64,000 nt of DNA. It comes from Phoronis australis. Lineage: Eukaryota; Animalia; Phoronida. The notes beneath the pieces are model-generated. The model was given only the letters and a program-made list of their open reading frames with translations, was not told the DNA's origin and searched no databases. The translations under genes and the position numbers were made by a program. Of the stretch, positions 1 through 30,800 are shown one piece after another (position 1 is the first letter of the stretch; each line of letters starts with the position of its first letter). The stretch lies in the NCBI GenBank assembly GCA_002633005.1, contig NMRA01000052.1, forward strand, positions 548,722-612,721, written 5' to 3'.

Positions 1-293
1 AGTCTGGCGGGTATGTGAACGTTAATATGGTGTGGCTATTTCGAAAGTCAGCTATTTGAACTTGAGGGCGCCAAAATGTCCAGATACTTGTTTTATTTCA
101 AGAAAACACAATTAATGTCTGGTGGTTGACAAGACCATCAATTCAATAACTTGGAATTGACAGGCGTCTCAACTCTATGCACCAAAAGAAACATCACAAG
201 AAATAGGCTGGTTCCATGACTACTTGGTAGGGGTATACATTTGGACTTGGATTGCCACCTGCCAACATGCAAGTCACCACGTGACAGACTCAC

Positions 294-960
294 CTTAGTA
301 TGTTAACAAAGCCTTGGTCATTCTTGACCAGTCCACTGTACCAGGACAAGACATAGTCCTGCAGGGCCAGGTCCAGTACCTCTCTGAAGGCCAAGTCCAG
401 GTTTCTGGATAGGACCACTTGCTGTTGACTGAGCTCATAATAGGAGGTAGTCTTGTTCTGCACAAAAGAATACAAATTGTGTAACAAGATATGAACTCGA
501 AACTCACTAGGTGGCTAGTGAAACAATGCACACGTCTATTTGCTGGCCAACAAGTTTATGTTAACAATCTTTTCAAACAGATGATAAAAAGAGACAAAAA
601 TAGTTTTTTGTTTCTTGTACAAGATTTGAAGACCTAAAATTTCTTCTGTTCATTAATCATCTTGTTAAAACATCTTGGCATCCCCTATTTTTCTCTTTTT
701 GCTTTTATACTCACAGCAAGCTCCGTAAACAATTCGTTGGCTGCTGAATGAGGACGGTTTTTGATTGGAGGGGTGTAAACTTTTCCCTTTAGCAGGTGAA
801 GGCATACACCCAAGATAATGCCAAATACCACAGAGCACAGAGTCACTACCCAGTTGATGAGAACCGAAACTGCAGGCCACAGACTGTAGATAACTAGGCT
901 CACAGGAAGTGCAAGACCCAGAACAACCTTGGACATGACTGAAATTAATAAGGAAACCAT
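294..960 (-). CDS. SNX25: PXA-domain sorting nexin (SNX25-like), first two coding exons (715-~960 and 294-457); gene continues beyond window start
   Basis: Exon 715-960 encodes two hydrophobic TM-like segments and ends at a GTGAGT donor. Exon 294-457 (TTTTGTGCAG acceptor, GTGAGT donor) encodes LDLAFREVLDLALQDYVLSWYSGL, resembling the recalled SNX25 PXA start DKALKEVFDYSYRDYILSWYGNL. Exact start ATG is uncertain. Confidence 0.72.
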
Positions 961-1518
961 GTAACAGGGCGACCACTACCATACATATAATGCACCTGGA
1001 ATGCATTCATCAACGAAAACACACAGAATACTACTGGAGATTTCTTGGATTCAGCTCTAGAAACAATGGACAATGCATGCCATGGTTAATGCAATGGTTT
1101 TGATTAGGCCCACACTACAGACAGTGTTCATTGCAGACTAATTTCAAATTATTAAAAACTCAGTTAAAACTGTTTTTCAAACTAGACACAGTGAAGCGAA
1201 CTGGTGCAGTTTTTAATTTTAAGAGTGTGAAAAACGGTGAAACTTGAAAGACAAATTAAAATCACAACGATGTTCTTGGATCATCTCGGACATATACAAA
1301 TCATTACAGTAGGCTACTCTAGCCAAAATCACGTGTTCTCATTTAAAATACACGGCAATATCTCGCGAAGTCTTGCTTTTAGCGAGGTCAACCCTGATCT
1401 GACAAAATTCGGACGAACGAAGAAGAAACTTTGAGGTCCGGATAACTTAGAGGGGTAAAATACAATGATGATGATCAGTTGATTAAACAAGCCAAAATTA
1501 AGATACAAGGACATTTAC

Positions 1519-1593
1519 CTAGCCACAACAACAATATAAGACATGTGTTGCAATGAAGATGTGCAGGCCCAGACACCTGACCAACACCGCCAT

Positions 1594-1600
<7 letters not shown>
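1519..1600 (-). other. Probable first exon of the SNX25-like gene containing a 24-codon upstream ORF
   Basis: AAAATGGCG (YY1/TISU-like) at ~1588-1596 on the minus strand; ORF 1593-1519 ends TAG directly before a GTAAAT donor at 1518. Confidence 0.45.
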
Positions 1601-19050
<17,450 letters not shown>

Positions 19051-20733
19051 TCGCCGTCGTGGTTTAGTTGTCCATTTTACTACCACATGGCTGACCGCTA
19101 TGATGATTAAATGTTTACAAAGATCTCAAAAATTTGTGAATCTTATTGCATCGAGTGATAGTGATTTGGTCTAAAGTTATTCTCAGTCGGTAAATTCTCA
19201 GCCGGTAAATACGTTTCCCATTTTGATGTTTGTTTAAATGTTTTCAGATTTTTGACGTCACTATATTGTCGACCAATGTGCATTTTCTACAAATTTTCAT
19301 TAAAATCAAAATTCTTGCAATCACCGCGTATGAAATGCCCAGTATTCCATTAGGCACCTGCATTTTAACCACCATCTGTTGTTTTTTTATTTTGTACTGT
19401 TGTACTCTTTTTGATACTTAACTTTGCTTTGAGGCATCAAGTTAAATTTTTATCTGTCATCACCTTTGTTTTACAAACTATTAAGGACATTAGTGCAAAG
19501 CAACTATGCCTAATCTTATTTCAGACAACATGTTAATTGTAATACTGTTGGTTTGAAGCCGTGCCATTAAAGTAATATTAATGACAAATTAATGACATTT
19601 TTGATGATAACGATTGTTCACACAAACACAACCATGTGTGAGTTTTGCAAGATAATAATTTATGTCCTGGGAGGTAAAAATTAATATGTACTATGAAACA
19701 ATTTGGGACAAAATTGTTGCTGAAATTGCCATTTTCCTATTTTTCAGAAGCTTTTTACATTGTTGTTACCAAATGTTGCTAGGTGACAGGTACATAGTAC
19801 AAACTATGCTAACAGGTTTGAAATTTTAAAATGTGTTTTTGTTTAGAAATTGGACTTAACAAAATTCCATTTGTCTTGCCCCAACCAGAAGCTTTTTACA
19901 ACAATCGGATAAAAATCATGGGAGCTCATAGTGGTTAGTGTCCGTTGAATAACGCTTATCATTCAGACCTGAGATAAAGTCTTCTGCCTAGTATGTAAGG
20001 CCATCTTACGCAGAGTTGCGTGATCTTGTCCAACGCACAGGATACAAGCCACATTGAATGCACCCTCGGTCATGAATTTTATCATTAAAGTTGTCGGTTT
20101 TACTTTCCTTTCTACATGATTGAATGAATGAAGTGTTTACATTATTCTTATTTATGGACCATTGGAAGTCTCTGGTGTGAATGGACTAAAGAATTGTGTT
20201 TTGTGCTCTTTGTATCGTTTACAGAGTATTTATGTTGCTGGTTTATCAAAAGAGGTTTGACTAACTGATAAGACAGTTAAATTTGCATAGTTATTTTAGG
20301 TTGTAATCTTGTTTGAACTGTGAAGAGAAAATGAGTGTATGATGCAAAATCATATTGCGCCTGTTCATGCGAGTTCTTTTTGCAGATTTTTTTCCCGAAA
20401 TCTTGAATTAGGAAAATCGTGAGATTATCTGCTGTCTTCGCTGTAGGGAAACTTGAGAAAAAAAATCGCAAAAAGGACTTGCCAGAACTGATCTAATATG
20501 TGTTTAATTGTGTAGAAATTGTGTTGTTTTATAATCGGACTTAGTTGTATTTTAACCTAGGAGAAGTTTGTTTAGCTTACATAGGAACTTTGTGTGATGC
20601 TTTTAACTCAACTACGTTACTGATGTAAGAGGTCCATATATCAGACAAGAAAAAATTTAGATGGTTATAGTCTGATTTTTTCAAAAATATTACATGTCAA
20701 ATATTTTTTGATCAAGGCATGAACTATTATGCT

Positions 20734-20884
20734 GTGCTGTTTGGGTAAAATTTAAGGTAAGTAGGCGCCCAAGCCCGCCCTATCACCTTTAGCACTGGAC
20801 GTAACTTGCGGTTCGTAGGCGCTACGTTCGAATGCCAAAAGGTGGTTGGCTGTGCTTATGTGCTCCTACGCCCCACTACAGCAC
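20734..20884. mobile_element. Small degenerate MITE-like element
   Basis: GTGCTGT...GTAGGCGCCCAAGC at left vs GCTTATGTGCTCCTAC...ACAGCAC at right (imperfect TIRs). Confidence 0.4.
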
Positions 20885-22120
20885 TGCTATTATGATGATG
20901 GGATGTTACTGTTGATTTTTCATAGGAATATATGTTTTTGTTTTTGTAAAACAAGGCAGTAAATTGGTTCGATGAAGGACAGGTCATATTTCTCAGTGAT
21001 ATGGTTCAGTAGTTGTTATTCTTCAGTGTTTATTATTCCTAGAATTCTGCTTATGAAATGTTTGTACCAAACAATCACCAGAAGCAAAGAATAGGTGTGT
21101 TGCTCAGAACAAGACAACCATGTTGTCATTTTCACTTCCTGTCTTCTGGCAGACAGCATTTGATTGTCAAGGGAGATAACTAATTCCATTTCTGAGCAAG
21201 AGGGCTGTTTTCAGTGATCCTTGGTGCATACAAAACTCATACGCTGCAACTGCTGTTTGCAGTTTCTGGAATCATCAGTCTGCCTTTTAAAGCTGCATGT
21301 CGCTCTGTTTAGCTGGTTAAAAAAGTTGAATTGGTCCTTCAGTCCATTAATCTCAAAATGTCCTTACCCTGATAGGACTTGTTTCTTGTTACCGATAAGA
21401 ACATATAATCCGTCGTCAGGTCAAGAAACTGTTGGGAAATCGTCCATTTTATTTTGGTTGACCAACCTTGGAATTAAAAAATGGTGTGTGGAGAATTGCA
21501 TTTAAAAACAGTTCAGTCACGTGACACAACGTCTTTTTCAGTCCCATGACTAAATGGAAGATCAGTTTTGGGTTTTGGCTCTTTTAAGAACGCAAAATAT
21601 GTTTAAATGGCGGCTAAATAGGGCAAAATGCAGATTCAGGTGGTACTCAATACTCGGAGCTTGTGTTGAAGCCTGCTCCCTTTACTCAGTGTTTTAGACA
21701 AAAGTATCAAAATTTTTGCCATTGGTCAGATCTTTCTTGCCAAATTGATTCCAACTCTAAAATCCTTAGTGTTATATCGAATTTGTAATCCTAGCTTTTG
21801 TTCCAAAGCAGTTAAGGCTTCAATGACCGCTGTTACTGCCATGCTTCATCTACTTTGTGTGTTCAGTTGAAGGACAATTGGTATAAAAACTTTGTCTTCT
21901 GGGAGACATCTGAGGCATGGTTCAGTACAGGAGGTCCTGGACTGTTCATAGAAGATACTCGCAACGTGTTCTATTACAAGTTACAACCTGTTTGTATTTA
22001 TGTTTCTTACATATGTTTTCTAATGTAGCCAAAAGTAATGCCAAGCATGCCATGTTCTTTTAAAACTTGCAATTTTCTTCATGTTTCTGCTGATGTTGTA
22101 GCATTACTTGATTGTTCAGT

Positions 22121-22126
22121 AATAAA
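22121..22126 (+). terminator. Candidate polyadenylation signal for ANKRD10-like
   Basis: AATAAA followed by a GU-rich tract, ~3 kb after the last stop codon. Confidence 0.35.
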
Positions 22127-23032
22127 CATTTTGTTAATAACATTTTGTCTGGGTGTGTCACATTAGCTTGAAAGACTTCAACAGGGACAGATGGATGTTG
22201 TCCTTAACCAGAGTGCGAAAAAAGGGAAATTTCGAAATAGTCACCACCGACATGCTAGAGTGGCTTTTAAGCAGTGCTTTCTGTCGATTTTTTTGTTTAG
22301 GTCGCTGGCCGTTACACAAATGGTCTCATCGCATTCCTTTCTCAGTTTGGATGTGTTCTCTGGGGGCAGGAATAACGGACAGGCTCGATAAGTTTCGGGT
22401 CAGAGAGTGAATATTAGTTTCAGCTCAGAAATCAAAAGTTCGTGATATTGACACAATAGATTACTTGACATGAATTATTGTAACCTATTTCACTTATGAC
22501 AGGAAAGCAGTAATGTTTTGGAAGCGTATAATATGCCTGGGAAGAAAGGCATTTTCAACGATAGCGTGGTTTCCTTTGATAGATATAGGCAAATTTAATT
22601 AAAACTTCTACTGAGGGTTTTACTAAACAATTAGCCATTCGAATGTTTAGTATGCCACAACAGAATTTAAAATATGTTATAGGTGATTTCTAGAAGTCAG
22701 TTTTGGGGTTTCCTCAGCACATGAATTTCTTATGAGGTACGTTCCTGGGTGCAGGTTCTCCGTTTCATTTGACGGGGTTGGACATTTTATAAATAATCCA
22801 TGCTTTTAGAGTGTTTGTGTTATAAAAAAGAGCTTGCCTACAGAATGCTACATTCGGCTTCAGTTTATAACCCCAACTGAATTCTTAGGAAATTTAATCC
22901 AGACGACGCCCCTTGGTAGAAAAAAAGGTGAAAATTCGTCTGTTTTGAGTTGCATACCCTGTGTGCTATCTCCAAGCGTGTGTTTCGGGTTCTTGTTCGT
23001 ACATAACGCCCCTAATTACATGAAGAAGGGGG

Positions 23033-24778
23033 CAGTGGCGGATCTACGGGAGGTTCAGGGGGTTTAACCCCCCCCCCCGGCCTTGGGCCAGGACCCAAAA
23101 ATAAAAAAAAAAAACGTCTCCAGCAAAACAAAAACGACACCGCCAACGTGTGTAAACCCGCCCAAGTAAACAAATTGGAAAAATTTGAGGTGGGGGGGGG
23201 GGGTAATTCTGAAAATATAATTTTTTGCATTGTGATTTTTCTGTTATGAAAATCAACGCATTTCGAGTCTTCGTGGCTCATCGGCAAAACGCGCTGAGAG
23301 CACTCTAACAAGTTATGTATATACAAAGAATGACCAAGGGGGCACTCACATTAATAAAGTGACCGCATTCGCGAACAGTGTACAGTACCAGAAATTGCGG
23401 GAAGACTCCATTTTCACAGCAAAGTCTTGCGGGACTCGTGCGATGTTCAGTAGGCCTCCTAAGGAGCCCTAGTTCAACACCTACCGTCTTTCTACCTGCA
23501 ATAAGCACCACTGCCGTCTTCTATACTGGGAATTTCCGCAGAAAGGCCCACCCGATGAAACGCCCATGCCCATGGGCATTGGTTTGATGTTAGTACTTGG
23601 GGTTTCAAGCGTTCAGACATTGGGACGTTTATTCCGAAAATTGCAAGAGATGCAAATAGGTCCTGTGATACATCGTCTAGGTTTGAAGTAGTTCTTGATG
23701 AACGGATCAAATTTAGTTGCGCATGTAAGACTTTTGAATGGACTTGGCAGCCTCAGGGGGCTTAGTGCCAATTGAGCTGCGAAACGACTGAGATGCTGGC
23801 ATTGTAGAGGCTTACAAGCTCATTGACAGAGCAGTTGACGAAGTGCAAGCGTTGGCAACAAACATCGAAGATGTCTGGGTAGAATGGTTCCAAGACAAGC
23901 GGACCATTGGATCCCCGATACAGCGAGATTCCTCGGCAGTCCAGACAACAGCAGCCGAGGATAGGACTAACGTTCCTGGAGAAAAACCCACGTAATAATT
24001 AAGTTATAATTCTACACAGCCTGTGCATCATGTCGGTTTTTTATGCTTGTGTACAATGAAAACGAAATAGAAATTATTTTTGGACATGCCAAAATTTACC
24101 CAGTACAGCAGAGGGTCTACGAGCACACAGAAACTGATTCTGGTTTGTATTTCCAGTTGGCTCTATCTGCTTCATATCCAAAATCTATTTCACGTAGTGC
24201 GTAGTTAAATTTGTACTCAGTGCTTGTTTCTTCCAGTGAGTACTACAACAACCTCTCGCAGCAGTTGACGACCAAATGTATAAAATATACGTATGAGCAA
24301 CCACTGGGCATTAAAAAGTGTCTGGAAAGAAGTTTTCAATTCAAAATTTTTTGCATAGTACGCTTTAGGTCTCGCGAAGGACCAGGCTAGCTTAAGTTTG
24401 TGTAGATATTGAGTTTCAGTGTACTTTTCGTATGTTAAAAAGGTGTGTGTAAGCAGATGTTCCAACAAAAATTTTGCTGGTGGCGTGACTCATACCCAGA
24501 GGTGCAGAGTTCACGAAACTTATATGAGCCACGTTCATGTGAAGAAATCGAGAAGGGTTTTAAATTATCTTAAAAAAAATTCAAGAGTCATGTTAAGTGC
24601 CAGAAACTTACCAGAATGCATGGAAATTTCACTATTTGGCTACAAAAACAAAAAATTGTCTTAAACGGGAGGGAGGTGACCCCCCTCCTGACCTCCCCCC
24701 TCTCGGCGCCACGCGCCTCGGATTCGACCTTTGCGGGAATCCTAAACCCCCCTTACTGAAAACGTAGATCCGCCACTG
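23033..24778. mobile_element. Non-autonomous DNA transposon (hAT-like termini), ~1.75 kb
   Basis: Perfect 16-bp TIRs CAGTGGCGGATCTACG / CGTAGATCCGCCACTG, subterminal G/C runs, flanked by GGGGG on both sides; no intact transposase ORF. Confidence 0.85.
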
Positions 24779-26797
24779 GGGGGCTTGTTGTATTAAGCGA
24801 ACTTCATGATAGGAGACGTCTGATGATGAAGACGACTAAAAGATGCTGACAAATGAAGTATGATTAATGCACCCAGATATGTGAAATAATTATTTCCAAG
24901 CGTGTTCGTGATCGCTGAAACCGAGAAAAGACAAATCTGAACAGCTGAAGCTTGGGCGTCAAAAGTGTCTTTGACAAGGAGAAATCTAAAGACGCTGGCG
25001 ATGAAAACTTTTCAGTGCGTCTTGTTATAAGGCCAGACGTGTGCCACATAATAGTATCAAAAACACATTATACGAAAGGGAGCATAGTGATGCTGACAAT
25101 GAAAGATTTTTTACTTGTATATCTGGGAACTTAGGAGTATATTTTCTTTACTAACGTTATCGTTATTCTGTCATCGATATATTGCCATGAATAGTAATTA
25201 ACAACATATAATTCATGTTTTAGTGATGTTTCTTCCATTTATGAAACTCTTTTCTATTTTCTAAACTGGGAACAAGTGTCTTTATAACTGAGGGGGCATT
25301 GGAAAAAACTAAGAATCGATATTCACAATTAGTTTGTTGAAAGTTTTTTAATTCAGCCTGAACGATTGCCGTAGGCGTGAGCATCATTTGTTTCGCCTTA
25401 ATTGCTGATGAGGCGACTCGTGAGACGGTCTCGCATGGGTCTGGATGCTAAAAGGGTGTCCTCCGAGAGAGTAACTGCCAGTGTATTTATCGGGCCCTAC
25501 GGTTTGGGGTATGGATGGGTCTTCCTCGGTCAAGACGTTTTCCGGATTTTAAGACTTGTTGGCAAGAAGTTAAATGGTCGCGACGGAGATGATTTTCTTG
25601 GCACTTTAGTACAACGCTGCGCAAAACTTATGCCTACAGACAACCTGTAAAAGTTAAAATATAACCAAAAGTGTCTCTCGAAAACGAATGTCGAATGAAT
25701 AATTTCTTTTAATGGTTCACATCACAAATTGAATAAGCAAATGTTTTTGGATTTCCACTGAAGACAATGCTTCTGTCACACTACTATATATTGCAGCACT
25801 CGGATACTCGTACACTGTGTGTAGGTTTTTATCGAATTGTGCCCAGTATACACCCATACATAGATTTTCAAAAGAAGATATGTTGAACTGAAGCTCAATA
25901 TTGCCACAATCATTTGTGCATTTGTCTTTCAAAAAAATTATTAAGCAGTATTTTTGAATTTTTGGTGTTATAGTTCACTAATTATGCTTTATTTCAAAGT
26001 TTTAATTGGGCGGCCTCCACTATATAGCTGCTTTTTTATATATTTTTTTTGATTCCAGAGCAGTGGAAAACCGTGACACTGACTGGGTCCAGAACTGATG
26101 TCCCATGGGCGAAACCACGACATATAGGTGTAGCGTTTTTGGATATGTCAGTCCACCCATCGATGCCTTCAGTGAGGAAATTTATTTGTAACCTGTTATG
26201 ATCAGCTACACGGACACCGCCGATCACGGCTTCTGTCGTTCGGCCGGGTTCCGACGAGTGCTGGTTACTCAAGCATCTCATGAGGCAGTGTCATATGCCA
26301 TGCCATCATTTTGCAAGTTTCTTATGTCGTACTACATCTACAAACATGACGAAGTACTACGAATACATTTTACTGTATTCCCGACCGATCGCGGCCAGTC
26401 GTACGCTATGATTTTCGACTTTCCGCCTCATTCATTGCGGCAGGCGTCCTCGTCCGGCACTGGCCGGGGGTATCATGAGTGCCTAACGTAGAAGATTAAA
26501 CCTGTACTGTGCGCGACTATCTTCACGCCTCAGCACGATGCCACTACTAGGATCTCAAGGCCGGGCTGGAATTAACAAAATGTCACTTGCCACAGTGTTC
26601 ATCACTCGTCCAACGGAGGAAACCGTAACCTGGCACATATGGACAGTATATCCGGTCCCCACAACGACAGAATGTGCCGGTACAGTGATCCGGCTTCACC
26701 GACACCAAATGTTCGCGTTTAGTTGTTTGCACGGGACGTGAGCCTGAGGGCCCGAAACACAAGGCCGCCCGGGGAGCTGAGCTAGGACCTGCGTTGT

Positions 26798-27490
26798 ATG
26801 GAAAGCCAAAGCGGGTAAAAATCCAGGACACAAACTTTCTATTAAAGAATTAAAGATCAGCAGGACCATGCACCAAAAACATTTATCGCGCGGCAGACCG
26901 TCACCGTACGTCTAGATCTTACCAAACACGTCAGGATCGAAAATTTATCGGGCCAGAATACAAAATTAATTACGTCAGGAAAATTTCATAGGTCACTGAG
27001 AAGACAACACGTGACCATCCGCAAGCACGCCACTCAGACGTAATAGGCAGGCTTCGCGCCTACACAGCCTGAGTGTCTCGCAGATGACACCCGCCGGTCG
27101 GGTCACATCTTCTGTCTCCCGTCTCTTCCACGTTTTACAACAGAATGCAAAGGTATAGACTTGAACACGGCTGAGTATTACAGATACACAACAGATCGTC
27201 ATTGTCACGCGGTCTCCTGGCATGCCGAAATTTTCTCCCGACAATTAAGAAATAGTTTTCTCCTGGCAAGCCCCGTGGCAAGAACAGAATTTTCTTCTAG
27301 TGGCAAGAAATGTCCTGTTCGTGATAAATTTTGTGTCCTGACGTCTTAAATTTTGGTCCTGACGTGATAACTTATCGTTTCTGGAGCGATAAATTTTGGT
27401 TTTCAGTATAATTTTTCTGGTCCTGCAAATCGCGAGTTATTGAGTGATTTTGTGAGTCCTGGATCATGATTTCCCCTTATGACTTTCCAT
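26798..27490. mobile_element. Degenerate foldback/MITE with long modular inverted repeats upstream of RAD6
   Basis: ATGGAAAG/CTTTCCAT, ATCCAGGAC/GTCCTGGAT, GCAGGACCA/TGGTCCTGC, ATTTATCGC/GCGATAAAT, CACGTCAGGA/TCCTGACGTG occur in nested mirror order. Confidence 0.65.
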
Positions 27491-27863
27491 GGTTGCCGTT
27501 TCCCGCCCACCGAGCGTCGCACTGAACTCTCATAACGTATTTTCCCACATTTATTCCAAGCAGTAGTAATTTGCGACTAATTTCGCTCTGAAATCTTATC
27601 ATATCTCTTCTGTATTATTCACGGCTCAGACATATAGTCTATCTGAGTTCACGGCAGCCAAAGTTCGCTTTCTCACTGAGTTGGAGTGACTTCTCTTTTG
27701 ACTCATAAAGAATATGACGTCACATATTTTTGCAAATTACCCGTATGTTAGCGTCATTGAACAACAGAAAGATCTTGGGAATAGTTGGTGGAATTATTTT
27801 CGCCGTTTAACTGAAAAATATCGACAAAAATTGAAAAATTGCTGGAAATTTAGTGAAATCAAA

Positions 27864-30800
27864 ATGTCAACACCAGCTAGGAGACGTTTAATGAGAGACT
27901 TTAAAAAGTGAGTGCCGTTAACTGAGTTTTTAAATGTGACGACGTAGCCAAAGTTTTGGGAAACGAAACAACAAAATGGCTGCAAAGTGACGATTGCACA
28001 AGTCAGCAAGACTTGATTTTAAACGTTTGTTTCTTTTGTTAACAGGCTAAAAGATGAATCTCAAGATGATACACAGCCTGGAGGTGTAAGTGGTTCACCA
28101 ACAGAAAATAATATAATGATATGGGATGCCGTTATATTTGGGTAAGTACGGGAGTAAATGGTAACCTAGCTGTTGTGTTAGCCTTGGACCTGATGTCCTG
28201 ATGCAAAGCTGTATACTAAATGTACAGCTTCGCGTCGATGTGGATAAAAAACTGACCAGATTAAGTCCAACTTAAAATCAAAATCGGTGTCATTAAAAAC
28301 TTGAAAACAGTACACTCGTGGCACGCATACGTGCCATTTGCAAATTTTGTTGTGGCGTCTCTTGGAGGTGATTACCGCTTTGTGGAAGCTCTGAAATTCA
28401 ATTTGTTGGTATTGATATACGAATAACTTATTATGAAGTAAATCCAGTAGCAATAATTTGTTGTGACATGTTACGTTTATTTGGTGTACAGCTTTGCACC
28501 AAGGCTAGGAAGTAAAGAGCTCTGGTGATTTTTCCTGTTTAGCATTTCAAAACGAATTTGCCATATGCCTCTGTTATGGAACGAAAACATTTTTTTTAGT
28601 GATCCCTGATTTGAGAATTTGTTTCATCAACTAAATAATAGGCATTGACTTAGTTGTTCCTATGCTACTGGCTTGCTTGCACTGCAAGTGGTAACAAAGA
28701 TGATAAAACTCTTGGTGACTTGCCAACCAATATAGAAAATTCCATACTACTGTGTTGTGTACCTTGAGTCTTCAGCGTGTGAGTCAAATGTCGAAACCCA
28801 TCTGCCAACAGCCAGTTGTACATAGGCAAGCGATTTAAGACTGGAGAAGCTTTATTCAACTGTACTAGTAACACCACTGTCGCCAAGTCAACGCAATCGT
28901 GACACGTGAACTTATCAATTTAGACCTCACCAAAGCCTCTCAGTCCCGACTTATTTGATTCTGAACTCGCTCACTTTAAAGTGTACCACTGAACATAGGT
29001 TGGGTCGTTTCTTCATTTTTCATCCAAGAAAGTGAACTTGGGCAAACTCTTTAGGAGTTGAATCAACCAGCTGATCCTCTAGATGGTCATTTCAAAAAGC
29101 TAGCGGAACCACTGTATTTATGTTGGACACATGACCGTGTAAATAATTTGCATATGATAAAACACTGAAGAATAAGAAGTCAAAGGTTTATTATTGTATT
29201 TTTAATCAATTTTGACTTGCAGATACTAGTTTTCTGACATATTATCTAGTTGGGTTTATTTTGTCTTTCATTGTATATAAGTTGATCAATTCCTTACTGA
29301 AATGTCAGCCAAGTGCTTCATGGCAGCTTAAGCAATTGCAGCCAGATTTGATGCGCCTAGCACTGACAAAGTTGTTTTCAAGCCAATAGGTTGTGAGTTA
29401 ACTTATAAATCACACGCTTACACACAGTGTTGAGCCATAATTTCAAACTTGAAACTGGAATAAATATATTTAGTGCCAGTGAATCTGCTTGCTAAAGCAA
29501 TCAATAAGGGTGTCCGGGATTACACAGCGACACTCGAATCTTGCTACATATTTACCCTCAATGCTGTAAACAACAGGGGGGGCCCATTTGCTGCCTCGTT
29601 TTCATGCCACTGGAGTTTCACATGTTATTTGTTGTTGTCTGATTCTTTAAAAGATTTTCTCAGTTGCATTACTTTATTCGTCCTTCCAATGCCAACGAAG
29701 TATTGCTGCTGGGCTGTGGGCTTCAACTTCGACATGAAAAAGTTTTGTGAACTGGACAAATACCCGTGGATTAGTGATCTGAAATTTTCTGCCTTCCTGA
29801 TATCAGTGAGAGAGACACAAAAATGTGCCGGATTTTCAAAACTAGTTCACGCATTTTCGTACCTCCAGGACAAAGGGGAATTCTAATTCGGGACGGCTCA
29901 ATTAGGTACTTGCTGACTGGCCACGTGAAAGAACCAAAACAATCCACTCCGAAACAGACATGAACCAAAGCTATTTTCGAAGATGGTGCTGCATGTGACT
30001 TATGAATTGAACGATTTTAGGCAAAATAGAATTAGTTTCCAATGTCTTGTCAGCAGGACGATCAAAGGTTTTTTCTACCATATTCATTGATCTAGTTGAG
30101 AAGAAATCTGGCGTTACAGTGAAACTTAGGTAAGCCCCATCATGGCAGGGCGGTTGCTTTCGCTAGAACATCAACACATCTCATTAACGACCCATCATAC
30201 CACTCTTGATAAATCATGCCCCAGGTGAGACGCACAAATTAGGCAACTTTCATCAATGTATGCGCGCCTGCTGAAGTTCAGTTAGAACTTATTGGATATT
30301 GTAATCACTCTACTCAATTCTATTCTGGAGCAACAGGGGATACTATTTGGTTAGGGTGCGGTTCTTTGCTTGTGGAAAATGTTCTTTGCGGGTGGAAACG
30401 TTCAAGACCTGGTTATAATTGTTTACATCAGACCCTTAACTGTGGCATGGTGTCCACACCAGAAATTCTTGGTGTCATGCCCTAACCTATCACTGAGTGA
30501 CAGGTTTTGGATAGTGGTGAATGTATAGGCAGGAGCTGAGCAAGTGGAGTGAACAGTGTTTGAGCTTCAGCAAATAAATGTGCTGGCTCAGCGGGCCAGT
30601 TGCTTGAATGTGAGACCACATTCACATGGACCTATATGTGAAAGTTTACTGGACCGGCCGCAATTCCACTGACCCCAGGCCACAGGGCCCGCGTGTATTT
30701 AGAAGGCTAGCAGTGAATGGATTGGAGTGTTGTTAGATAATGTATTGATATACCCTGTTACTGGTGTAGAGTTAGTAGTAGCTGTTATGAAGTGTTCTTT

